Assembly (NCBI GenBank): GCA_963708025.1 | Contig: CAVPSB010000011.1 | Location: 13,749-77,748 of the forward strand | DNA from: an uncultured Candidatus Rokubacteria bacterium | GTDB lineage: Bacteria > Methylomirabilota > Methylomirabilia > Rokubacteriales > DASRDR01 | Direction: 5' to 3' | DNA length: 64,000 nucleotides | Shown: positions 50,101 to 61,700 of the stretch, in pieces | Layout of the letters: every line of letters begins with the position of its first letter | Position numbering within the stretch: position 1 is the stretch's first letter | Notes under the pieces: model-generated | The model's database searches: none | Seen by the model: only the letters and a program-made list of their open reading frames with translations | What the model was told of the DNA's origin: nothing | Program-made: the position numbers and the translations under genes

Positions 50101-51216
50101 GGCGGCGCTCCCACCGGACGACCGCCGCCGACGGGACCGGGGGCGGCGGCACGGTCACCGGCGCGACGGCCAGGGGCACGGCGGGCGCCGGCGCGGGAGG
50201 CGGCGGGCCCGGGCGCGCCGCCCTGCGGGGACGAGGCGCGCCGCCACCCTCCGGCCGGAGCTCGTGCTTCTCGATCCGGTACCGCAGCGTGTTGCGGGGA
50301 ACGCCGAGGAGCGCGGCGGCGCGCGAGATGTTCCAGCCGGTCTGCGCGAGCGCCTCGAGGAGACGCTCGCGCTCGACGCTCCCGACGGCTTCCTCGAGCG
50401 GCAGCCGCGGGGCCGGCGGCCCGGCCGCCGGCCCCCGTCGCGCGCCGGCAGCCCGAGGGTCTCGGCGGTCACCTCCGCCGCCTCCGAGAGCAGCGCGACC
50501 CGCTCCATCACGTTGGCCAGCTCCCGCACGTTGCCCGGCCAGCCGTAGGCCGTCAGCGCCCGCCGGGCGTCCTCCAGCAGGCGCTTCGGCGGCAGCTCGT
50601 AGTCGGCGCAGGCGCGGGCCAGGTAGTGCTCGGCGAGGAGGACGATGTCCGACCCGCGCTCGCGCAGGGGCGGCAGCCACAGGGTGAGCACCGCCAGCCG
50701 GTGGTAGAGGTCCTCCCGGAAGCGCCGCTCCCGCGTCGCCGTGGTCAGGTTCTCGCTGGTGGCCGTCAGGATCCAGACGTCGACCGGCTCGCTGCGAGTG
50801 CTCCCCAGACGCCGCACCTCGCGCTCCTCGATCACCTTGAGGAGCTTGCTCTGGAGCGCCTCGGGTAGGAGGCCGACCTCGTCGAGAAAGATCGTGCCGT
50901 GGTGCGCCGCCTGGAAGAGGCCGCGCTTGGCGTGGCGCGCGTCGGTGAACGCGCCGCGCTCGAAGCCGAACATCTCGGCCTCGAGCAGCGTGGCGGGGAT
51001 GGCGGCGCAGTTGACGTCCACGAAGGGGCCGCTCGCCCGGGGACCGGCCCCGTGCAGCGCGCGCGCGACGAGCCCCTTGCCGGTGCCGGTCTCGCCCTGG
51101 AGGAGGATCGGGGGCAGCCGGCGGGTCTCGGACTGGCGCTGGAGCAACCGCCCGATCGTCTCCCGGATCGCGGCGATCCCCGGGCTCTCCCCGATCAGCT
51201 CGCTCAGGGGCTTCAT
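47121..51216 (-). CDS. sigma54 enhancer-binding protein fused to Fis-HTH, degenerate class III cyclase, STAND-like AAA ATPase and TPR region; frameshifts near 50430, 49200 and 47680
   Basis: GETGTGKG, DVNCAAIP, GAFTDA, FLDEV, WPGNVREL, WNISRAAALLG..RNTLRYR; GEAGIGKSRL, VEDLHWID, GNPFFLEEL. Confidence 0.9.
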
Positions 51217-51335
51217 GGACCGGTTCCTCATCTTACTCCGCCGGCCACTGTCGAAGCTGCCGAAGATTCGGCATCGTCACTGTCGAACGGCGCTGGTGCG
51301 ACGGCTAACTACCCGGATTATAAAGCGTCTGGTCG

Positions 51336-51351
51336 TGGCACCCCGATTGCG
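51336..51351 (+). promoter_or_regulatory. sigma54 promoter TGGCACCCCGATTGCG, divergent from the activator
   Basis: Consensus TGGCAC-N5-TTGC; AT-rich patch upstream. Confidence 0.8.
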
Positions 51352-51381
51352 ACCCTCCAGAGCATGGCCAAGAGAGACGGC

Positions 51382-51932
51382 ATGAGTGAAGCGAAGCGAC
51401 GGTGGGTGAACGCGCTCGTTCTCGCCGCCGCGGTCGTGATCGGGCTGGCGGCCACCTCGGACGCCGGCCCGCAAGGCGCGACCCGGATCGGCGAGGTCCC
51501 CTGGCTCGCGCATCTCCGGGTCGTCGAGGCAGCCCTGGTCCGCGGGGACCTCGGCGGTGCCGAGCGGGCCTGGCAGGAGGCGTACCTGGCCGCGCTCGGA
51601 AGCTGGCGGTGGGACGGGCATGCTGGAGGTCGCGCACGCCTACCTCCGGATCGGAGCAGGCAGCCGGCCGGCAGCAGGCCTCGGCGGCCCGCGCCCGCAA
51701 CCTCTACCTGGCGGCGCTCTTCCGCGCCCGGGAGCAGCGATCGCTCGACGGCGTGCTGCGCACGGTGGAGGCCTTCGCCCGGCTCGGGGACCGCGACATG
51801 GTCGAGCAGTGCCTGCGGATCGCGGAGGCGCTCGCCGCCGAGGCGCGCGACCCCCACGCGCCCGCTCGCATCCGCGCGTTCACGATTCGGCTCGCGGACC
51901 CGACGTTCGCCACCCGAGACGCCGGGCGCTGA
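51382..51932 (+). CDS. Exported alpha-helical (TPR-like) hypothetical protein; frameshifts near 51615-51665
   Basis: Signal/TM WVNALVLAAAVVIGLAA; AERAWQEAYLAAL..WDGMLEVAHAYLRIG..ARNLYLAALFRAR..SLDGVLR. Confidence 0.75.
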
Positions 51933-52044
51933 GCCTCGCCGGGAGAACCGGACCATGGCTAGGAGTCGACGCCGTGCCCGATGCGCGGGTCGAACTGCGC
52001 CAGCGATCGCTGGATCGTGTCCGACTCTGCAATAGACTTGCCTA

Positions 52045-52072
52045 TTGACACGACTCGGACCGCTGTCATACT
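52045..52072 (+). promoter_or_regulatory. sigma70-type promoter TTGACA-N16-CATACT with TG extension
   Basis: Consensus -35, TGn extended -10. Confidence 0.55.
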
Positions 52073-52446
52073 CACGTTGTTCCGAGTGGGAGCAGACATC
52101 GGAGGGGCTCTGACGTCCGACTCCCACGTCCCGTCGCGGCGGTACGTCGCCGCTAACGGCCCGCAGAGCTGACCCGGCCTGCGGCGCGCCAGTCGGGTCG
52201 AAGACCCGACCGAGCCATCGGAGGGTGACGCGGTGGATTGCCTCGCCGGCGAGGCACGTGCCTCTGAAGTGCTCGAACATCTGTCCGATCCCGGACAACC
52301 GTAGTGGGTCGGCGACTATGGTGATGGCGTGATGGCCTACCGCCAGCACTTTCGAGCTCCATCGACCGGTCTCGGCTCCCGGCCCGTGCTCGGGATGGGA
52401 GATCGTTGGACACGGAGGGCATGCGATGAGCGGTCGGTTCAGATGA

Positions 52447-53278
52447 GTGAGTGGCGGTAGCCAAATGCCCGCGGAGCGGAGGCGAGCATGGGGAAAGAGC
52501 GTCTGGGTCGCGGTCCTGGCCGGCGTCGTCGCGCTGACCGCTACCCCCGCTCGACCACAGGCCCCGGGCGAGATCGAGACCCTCAAGCGCGAGATCGACG
52601 CCCTGAAGGCCGGGCAGCAGTCCCTCCGGAAGGAGCTGTCCGACATCAAGGAGCTCCTCCGCGGTCGCCAGCCGGCGACGAAGGAGTTCCAGCCGATTCG
52701 CCTCCGCGTGGCAGGCTATCCGGCCAAGGGCGAGCCAGGCGCGCGCCTGACGGTCGTCGAATTCTCGGACTACGAGTGTCCCTTCTGTGCGCGCCACTTC
52801 CGCCAGACGCTGCCCACGCTCGAGGACGAGTACGTCAGGACCGGGAAGGTGCGGTACGTGTTCCGGAACTTCCCGCTCGAGGCGATCCACAAGAAAGCGT
52901 TCCGGGCGGCAGAGGCCGCGCTCTGCGCCGGCGAGCAGGGGAAGTACTGGGAGATGCACAACCGGCTCTTCGCCAACCAGGGGATACTCGAGGACCTTGC
53001 CGGCCATGGCCAGGCCGTTGACCTGGAGCCGACCGGCTTCGCGGCCTGCCTCGGGAGCGGTCGGTCATGCCGCGCTCATCCGGCAGGACCTCTCGGATGG
53101 CCAGCTCGCCGGGATCCGCGGTACGCCGGCGTTCTTCATCGGGCTGACGGATCCGACGGGAGAGACCTTCCTGGCCACCAAGGCCATCACCGGCGCCGTT
53201 CCCTACGGGGCGTTCAAGGAAACCCTGGATGCGCTTCTCGCGGATGCAGAGCGGGGCGACCCTCGGGCGGCCCGCTAG
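52447..53278 (+). CDS. DsbA/thioredoxin-fold disulfide oxidoreductase with N-terminal coiled coil; frameshift near 53070
   Basis: Signal peptide; VEFSDYECPFC, NFPL..IH, QGKYWEMH, GIRGTPAFFI. Confidence 0.9.
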
Positions 53279-53318
53279 GGTCATCGTCATGGCTGTCAGT
53301 AAACGAGGGAGGTGAGCG

Positions 53319-55984
53319 ATGGGCAGTACGCACGTTCTGAGGTGGGGTGTTCTGGGGCTCGTGGTCATGCTGGCGGTGGCCGGGATCGCCCCATCGGCCG
53401 ATGCTGTCGTCGGGGGCACGCTCTTGACCGTCAACATTCCCTCGGCCGCCCAGTGTGGAGGCAGCAGCGGGAGCGCGGTGGCGGTCGTGCCGGGCGGGAA
53501 GCTCAACTTCCCCAAGTTCCATAGCCTGCTGGTGACGAGCTGCATCCAGAGCGGCCAGGTCAAGCTGTTCTTCCTGGATCCGTCGACCGATCCGGCTGCG
53601 CTGGTCTCGACCCTCAACACGATTTTGCCGACGGGGGTTACGCTGGACGCCGGCTGGGAATCGCTGGCGCTGCGTTCCGACAAGGTTGACCTCATCGGCT
53701 GCGGGATGGTGGGGGGCACGCCGAAGGTCTACTCGATCGACTTCAACCAGATCACCCCCAACACCACCGTTGACGGGACGGCTACCCTGCTCTTCACCGG
53801 ACCCGCCGGGTCGACTTGCCAAGGGCTCGCATGGGACGTCACCAGTAACCCGAAGACCATCTATCAGAGCTCCTCGGGAGCGTCGCCGAACGTCCTCCAC
53901 CTCTCGGACGCTGGGGCCTCCATCGCCGGGAGCGTTCCTTCGGGCTGCGCAGGTCCCATGACCGGGGTGGCGGTCGGCGTGGTCAGCGCGGAGACGCCGG
54001 CGTTCTCCGGCTCGGTCCTGTTCGTCGCCTGTCCGGCGGACGATTTCACGCCTGAGATCCGCCAGATCAAGAGAGCCGACGGCGCCCTGGTGACCTCGGT
54101 CGAGGTCCCCACCGGCTCCTTCGCGCTCCCGACTGACCAGCCCGGGGACATCGAGTGCGACCCTGTGACCTTCGCCGTGTCGCAGAGCTGGCATCCCACC
54201 ATCAGGAACAAGGACGTGCTGTGGGTCAAGGATACGGATCCCCTTAACCCACACCAGGTGCATGCGATGGAGCTGCCGTTTGCCGCGTGCGGGCCGGTGG
54301 CGCCTCCGCCGACTCCTGCCGTGAACGCGTGCCCGACCGGCGACCAGGACACCGATGGCGACGGCCTCCCGGACTGCTGGGAGGATGGCACGTACTGGGC
54401 CGATAGCCTTCCCGGAATCGCCCTCGACGGGAAATATATCGGGGGGCGGGCGGACACGTCCCAGCGCTTCACGCTGTGCGTGGATACGAACGGCGTCAAC
54501 GGGTTCGAGCCGGCCCTCGGCGAGTGCGCCACCCCGCTCAACCGGGACATCTTCGCCGAGATCGACTACATGGAGTTCCACCGGCCCAACCCGCAAGCCG
54601 TGAGCGATGTGGTCGCCGCCTTCTCGACCGCTCCCGCGTTCGCGGCGGGTTCCGGGAAGTGTGACGGGGCTGGCTGCACGCCTGGCGTCCGGCTGCACGT
54701 TCAGGTCGACGAGCAGATTTCGCACGTGAACAACACCGCGTTGTTCCCCTGCACGGGGCCGAAGGGGGTAAGCGACGCCGACTTCGACACGACCAAGACC
54801 GCGAAAGTTCGGGACCACTACCGACCGCGCCTCCGCCAGCGTGCTCAACGCGAAGCGTCTTGCCTTCCATTACGGGCTCTTCGTCCACAACCAGTCTCCG
54901 ACCCCGCCCGCGACCACCAACTCGTCTTCGGGGTGCGCCGAGCTGTTCGGCAACGACTTCATGGTGTCGATGGGGAGCTGGACGCCACCGAACCCCGCGA
55001 TCGCCGGTCACACCGGAGGCGTGGGGAGCCGATCCGAGCAGGCGGGGACCTTCATGCACGAGCTCGGGCACAACCTGGGCCTGCGCCACGGCGGCGTCGA
55101 CAACGTCAACTGCAAGCCGCACCACGTGAGCGTGATGAACTACGTGTACCAGTTCCCCAACTCCGTCCCCGACCGTCCGCTGAACTACTCGCCGTTGCTC
55201 GGAGTGGCGGCGCCGCTCACGTGCAACATCGCGAACCCCCCGGGAGCGCCGCTCGGCCTCAACGAGGCCTGTCTTGTCGAGTCGCTCGGCGTGGGGACCA
55301 GCTACACCGGCAAGATCGCCTTCGGCCCGCTGGTGGGAGTCCCGGCCAAGCCGACCGTCGTGGCGGTGTCGCCCAGTGTCCCGGCGATCAGCTGGAACAA
55401 GGACTCGGACTTGATCGACACGAACATTTCTCGCGACCTCACCGGCATGACCAGCACCGGCGGCGGCTGCCCGGCGTCAAGCACCAGGGAGTTCCTCGAG
55501 GGCTCCGACGACTGGGCGCTCCTCCAGCTCAACCTGCGGGCCTCGACGGACTTCGCCGACGGCGTCACCGCGAACTTCGATCCGTCCCTGGACAGCGGCA
55601 CCCAGGACATCACGGTGGAGTCCGCGCTCGAGCTGAGCGGCGACCTCATCGACATCAAGAAGAAGACCATCAGCGTGCATCAGCTCGGCGACCGTCGAGG
55701 TGTCGATCTTCAGTCGAGAGGGTGTGGATGCCACGACCCTCGATCCGCTCAGCGTGACACTGCGCGGCCTCCCTCCCGGCGCGGAGTGGGTCCTGTACGT
55801 GAGGCGGGGCGACGACTGCAAGGTGAAGGACGTGAACAAGGACGGCCTGCCGGACCTCGTCTGCAAGTTCGACTTTCAGACGGACACGCCGAGGACTCCC
55901 GGAAACCAGAAGGCCGTGCTGACGGGGACAACCTTCGACGAAACCTACGACTTCCACGGCTCGGACACCGTCCTCTTCAAATGA
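53319..55984 (+). CDS. Large secreted Cys-rich zinc metalloprotease (metzincin-type); frameshifts near 54810 and 55690
   Basis: Signal peptide; DTDGDGLPD; HELGHNLGLRH plus SVMNY Met-turn; C-terminal DVNKDGLPDL. Confidence 0.82.
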
Positions 55985-56036
55985 GGGAGACGAGCCGGCG
56001 CGGAGACCACCTCAAAACGCAGCGTAAGGAGGAGAC

Positions 56037-56495
56037 ATGATCAGGACACGGACGATTCACGCGGCAGTGTTGGCTCTCGCGCTCGCGGCCTCGGCGCCGA
56101 TCGCCCACGCGGGCGGTGGAGGCGCGGTGGAATCGCCCGGCACGGCTTCTTGTTCGAGTGCTACCTGATCAGCGGCGTCAACGCTCCGCAGGTAGCTCAC
56201 GATGGACGATCAGTTCGGCGAGCGGACCGGCGTGAAGCTCGGCAAGGCGAAGCTCCTCTGCACGCCCGCCGACGGGACGGTCGACGTCCGGACAGCTCCG
56301 ACACCGGGAGACTTCACGCCGGCCGACCACATCAAGTGCTACGACGCGCCGCCCAAGGGCGCCAACCCGAAGGTCACGGAAGTCGTCGTCGATCCGTTCG
56401 TCACGGAGACGGTGAAGGTGGGCGTGCCGCAGTTCGTCTGTGTCGAGGCCTTCAAGTGCCCGGTGGGGGAGGCCTGCCCGCCGCCCAGCGAGTGA
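56037..56495 (+). CDS. Secreted Cys-rich protein with an internal duplication (CY...D(Q/P)F...C); two frameshifts near 56143 and 56195
   Basis: RBS AAGGAGG; signal peptide; FECY..DQFG..KLLCTP and IKCY..DPF..QFVC. Confidence 0.7.
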
Positions 56496-57074
56496 GACTG
56501 TCCCGGCGGGCGCTGCTTCGCAGTAGCGCCCTCGTCCTCGGTGTCGAGCCGAGACGGAGTCCTGGGCCCGCTCTGGCGGCGGGTCCAGGACAGCACAGCC
56601 GGCGTCGTCGGCGAAGCCCATGCCGCGCCGCCGGCCTCCAGGCTCTCCGATCCCGAGCTGGAGGATCTGATCGCCTTCGCCGAGCTGCTGGTCGAGGGCC
56701 GGGCTCTGTCGCCAGTCGAGCGGGATTCTCTCGTCGAGAACATCGCGGAGCGCGTGGCGCGCGAGCAGGACTATCGCGAGCTGTACCGGACGACGGTCAA
56801 CCTCCTCCAGCGGCTGGCCGGCCGCCGCTTCTCGAGCCTCGACGTGGCCGCTCGAATCGAGCTCATCGCCCGCCATCGACTCGATTCCACCGACGTGCGG
56901 CCGGATGACGACCTCGGCCCCTTCGCCGACGACGTGCGCGCCGTGCGCACGCGCGCCCTGCGCGACCTGATCGCCGACTACTACAACTCGCCGGCGGGCT
57001 GGGCGGTGGTCGGCTACGACGTGTTCCCCGGGAGGTGCGGCGACCTCGGGCGGTACACGCGGCCGGAGTCCTAG
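56492..57074 (+). CDS. Gluconate 2-dehydrogenase subunit-3-like Tat carrier protein; frameshift near 56550
   Basis: LSRRALL twin-arginine; RFSSLDVAARIELI; YYNSPAGWAVVGY..PG. Confidence 0.8.
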
Positions 57075-57098
57075 CCTCGCGGAGGGCACGCGACCTCC

Positions 57099-58720
57099 GT
57101 GGATGCGGACGTCTGCATCGTCGGCGCGGGCGCGGCCGGGGGTATCCTGGCCTTCGAGCTGGCCCGGCGGGGCATCCGGGTCGTCGTGCTCGAAAGCGGT
57201 CCCCGGCATGACTTCGCGCGCCGCTCGGAATACGTGCGGCGCTATGTGCGGCACCAGGACCCGTGGCGAACCCCGCTCCTGGAGCTGGATCGCCATACGG
57301 TCGGGGGCCGGCACGCTTACAGGCTCGAGGGGAAGCGCGCCCGCGGCGTCGGCGGCAGCACCCTGCACTGGGAGGGTTACGCCCTTCGGCTCCATCCCAG
57401 CGACTTCCGGCTGCGGTCGCTCTACGGGATCGCCGACGACTGGCCGCTCTCGTACGCGGAGCTCGAGCCATACTACGCCAGGCGCCGAGCGGGCGCTCGG
57501 CGTCGCGGGCGCGATGGACGAGCCGTGGGGCTTGACGCGCAGCGAGCCGTTTCCGCTCCCGCCATTCCCGTTCAGCTACTCCGACGGGCTGTTCGCCCCG
57601 GCGTGCCGCCAGCTCGGCATCGCGCTCCATCACCTGCCGCAGGCGCGCAACTCCCAAGCCTACGGGGGCCGCCCGCAGTGCCGGCCTGCGGAACCTGCCA
57701 CGTCTGTCCCACCGGCGCCAAGGCCAGCGTGGACCTGACCCACGTCCCCGATGCCGAGGCCACCGGCAACGCGCGCATCGTCACGGACGCGACCGTCCTC
57801 AGGCTGGAGCTCGACCGATCGGGGGAGGTGAGCGCGGCCGTCTACGCGAGGCCGGACAAGGTCGAGCGGCGACTGACGGCCCGTGTGTTCGTTCTGGCGG
57901 GGGGCGCCATCGAGAACGCGCGGCTCCTCCTCCTGTCGGCGTCGCGGGGGTTTCCGACCGGGCTGGCGAACCGGAGCGGGCTGGTGGGGAAGTTCTTCAT
58001 GTCGCACCCGTCGATCGACGTGATCGGGCGTGCCCGCGAGAGGTGTATCCCTATCGCATCGGCTTCTCGACCGCCATGTCACGGCAGTTCGCGATCGAGC
58101 GCGACCGCGCGACCCGAGGGGCCTTCCTGCTCGAGTTCCTGAACTCGGCCGGGCCGACGCCCGAGCGGATCGCGGTCGCGAGCGGGCTCTCGGGGGAAGC
58201 CCTGCGCCAGCACGTCCGCGACGAGTTCGGCCGCTGGCTCGGGGATCCGCGTGTACTGCGAGCAGCTGCCGGACCGCGTCAACGCCGTGTCCCTCGCCCC
58301 CGGGTGAGGGACTACTTCGGCAGCCCCGCGCCGCACATTCACTGCAGCCTGGGCCCGTACGAGCAGAAGGCGCTCGACGACGCCAAGGACGTCGCGACCA
58401 AGATCCTGACGGCGATGGGTCTGAGTCAGATCCGGGCCACCGGCCTGACCTACGCGGGCCACCAGATCGGGACCCACCGGATGGGCACCGATCCTCGCAC
58501 GAGCGTGGTCGACGCCAATCTCACGAGCCACGACGTCCCGAACCTGTACCTCGTGGGCAGCGGGTGCTTCGTCACGGCCAGCGCCTCACCGCCCACCCTC
58601 ACCATCGCGGCGCTCGCCATCCGAGCGGCCGAGCACATCGCCGGGCTGCTGCGCCCCGGCGGCGGAGCGGAGTCGCCCGCTAACCCCGGTGTGGTGGGCG
58701 GGTACGACGCGAAGAGCTAG
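57099..58720 (+). CDS. GMC-family flavoprotein oxidoreductase; several frameshifts
   Basis: IVGAGAAG, GVGGSTLHW, DWPLSYAELEPYY, C..CGTCH.CPTGAK, AIENARLLL, HQIGTHRMG, PTLTIAALA. Confidence 0.9.
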
Positions 58721-61700
58721 GAAAGCGCGGCGCGGACAGCCTGCGTCGCGACGTGACCATCTAAGGTCCCCAGCGCCTGGAAGATCTCCTCGGCTTGCTC
58801 GAGCCACCGCCGCGCGCTCTCGACGTCGCCCGCCGTCCGGCACAGCTCGGCGCGCGTCACGAGGGCCTTGGCGACATCGTTGCGCGCGCCCATCGCCGCG
58901 AGTATTTCCATCCCACGCTCGAGATGAGCCAGCGCGGACGGGACGGCCGGCGCCAGGACCGCGCCGAGCAGGCGCTCGGCCACGCCTTCCAGGTGGCGAT
59001 AGCCGTTCTCGGCGCTCGCGGCCAGGATCTTCTCGAGCGTCGCCTCCGCCGCGTCGCGCTTCCCCCTTGAAGCTGGGCCTCGGCCAGCCAGAGCCCGAAG
59101 AGCGACCGGGTGTATCTCAGATTCGATCGTTCGAACCACGCCACCGCCTCCGCCAGCTCTCGAGTTCCGAGCTCGAGCTGGCCCGCCTTGACCAGACCGT
59201 ATCCCCGGACCGCCCTCACCATCGCGGCGTCGAAGGCGGCCGGGGAAAGGGCCATCGCCTCCTCGCAGCAGCGGAGCCCGGCTTCCACGTCGCCTTGCTG
59301 GATGTAGGTCGACCCCGTCCGCCACCAGCCGACCACCTTGAGCCGGAGGTCGTCGACCGCCCGGCCGTGATCGAGCGCGCGTCGGCAGTACTCCAGGCCG
59401 CGCTTCCAGTCGCCGAGCGCGTTGGCGACCGGGCTGAGGGCCCAGAGCGTCCGGCACGCCCACCAGATGTTCCCGCGCGCCTCGAAGGTCGCCGAGCGCG
59501 CTCTCGCCGGCCGCGACAGCACCGCGAAGATCGCCGGCTACGAGCAGGACATGCGCGAGGCAGCACTCCGCGAACGCGCGGAGCTCGTCGAGACCGTCGG
59601 CCTCGGCGATTGCCTGAGCCTCGCGGCAGTAGGCGATGGTGGTGTCGACGTGACCGCCAGTCAGGCTATGAAGGAACCCGGCCCAGTAGTACCAGGCGGC
59701 ACGGCGCGAGGGGTCGGCCACCGTGTCGACGAGGCCATGGATCTCCTCGAGGGCCTGGACGTGCTCGGCGTGCCGGCCGAGGGCGAACTTCACCTCGGCC
59801 TGCTTCACCACGGCGTCGATCCTGCGAAGCCGGTTGGGCTCGGTGTCGGGCATCGAGGCCAGGCGCTTGAGCGCTCCTTCGAACAGGGCCAGGGCCTCGG
59901 TGTTGGCCCAGCGGCGCTGCGCCTTTTCGGCGGCGAGGATGGCGTAGTCGACCGCCTTCTCGTCCTCCGCGCTGTGCTCGTAGTGGTAGGCGAGGATCTC
60001 GACGACGTCGTCGATCCGGCCCGCGTAGAGCTCCTCGAGGCCGCGCCCGGCCGCGGCGTGGAAGCGCCGCCGCCGGCGCTCGAGGAGGCTCGTGTAGACG
60101 ACGTCCTGCGTCAGCGCGTGCTTGAAGCTGTACATCAGCTCGGGGTCGTGCGCGCTCGGGAAGACGAAGTCGACGGCGTGGAGGTCCTTCAGGTCGCCCG
60201 CCACCAGCTCCCGCTCGGTCTCGCGGACATGGGACACCAGAGAGACACCGAAGCGGCGGCCGACGACCGAGGCCACCTGGAGCGTCCGCTTCGGCGACTC
60301 GGCCAGGCGGTCCACGCGGGCCGCGATGATGTCGCGGATCGTCTCCGGCACCGTCACGTCGGCCGCCCGCAGCCGCGCTTCGCCGTCCTCGACGACGATG
60401 CCCCCCGTCTCCTGCAGCTGGCGGACGATCTCCTCGACGTACAGCGGATTCCCCTCGCCCTTGGCCAGGAGGAGCTGGAAGAGCGACTCCGAGACCGAGC
60501 GACTGGCGCACAGAGCGTTCCACCATCTCCCTGATGTCGTCGTGGTCGAGCCCCTCCAGCTTGAGCCTCTCGGTCGCGCTGGGGAGCCAGTCCAGGGAGG
60601 CGCCCGGTCGCGTGGTGAGCACCAGCAACACCGCGTGCTCGTGCACGCGCGCCGCCAGCGATTTCAGCAGCTCCTCCGAGCTGGCGTCGATCCAGTGCAC
60701 GTTCTCGACGACGAGGATCACCGGCCTCAGCGCGCTCTCGCGGAAGATGACGGAGCCCAGGATCTCGTGCGTGCGGCTCCGGAGCTGGGCGCCCTGCACG
60801 CGCAGGAGGAACTCCGGCGGCACCGAGAGTCCCAGGAAGTGGTGAAGCAGGAAGGCAGGCTCCTCGCCCTCGACCCCGAGCGCCACGAGCCGCGCGGCGA
60901 TCCTCCGCCTCACGTCCTCCGGCGAGGTCTCCTCGGGGAGATCGAAGTATCGGCGGTACAGCTCGACCAGCGGACGGTACGCCATGGCGCGACCAAAGGA
61001 CGCGCAGGTCGTCTCGAGCTCCAGGTGTCCGCTTCCGTCCAGGCCCCGCAGGAACTCGTAGAGCAGGCGCGACTTGCCCACGCCCGGGTCGCCGGCGATG
61101 ACGACCACTCCTCCGAGACCGCCGGCGGCTCTTCCGGAACGCCTCGGCCAGCCGCTCCTGCTCCGCCGCACGCCCGATCAGGGGCGTCAGCCCGCGCTCC
61201 CTCGACACCTCCAGCCGGGTCCGCCCGCCGATCTCGCTCTTCACGGCGTAGGCACGCTGGGGCTCGGTCTTGCCCTTGACCTGGAAGTCGCCGAGGTCCT
61301 CGAACACGAAGAAGCCCTCGCAGAGATCCTTCGTGTGCCGGCTGGCCACGATCTGCCCCGGCTGCGCGACGTTCAGGAGCCGCGCGGCCAGGTTCACGGT
61401 GTCGCCGATCGCGGTGTAGTCCATCCGGAGATCGCGGCCGATGGCCCCGACCACGACGGGGCCGGTGTTGATGCCGATCCGCATGAGAAAGTCGCGTCCG
61501 TGCATCCGCTGGACGTCGGCCCGGAGCGGCGCGAGCTTCTCCTGGATGGCCAGCGCCGCCCGCAGGGCGCGGCCGGCGTGATCCTCGTGGGCGATCGGCG
61601 CGCCGAAGAGCGCCATCACGCCGTCGCCGAGGAACTGGTTGATCGTCCCCTCGTAGCCGTGGACCGACCGCCAGGATCACCTCGAAGGCGCGGTCCATGA

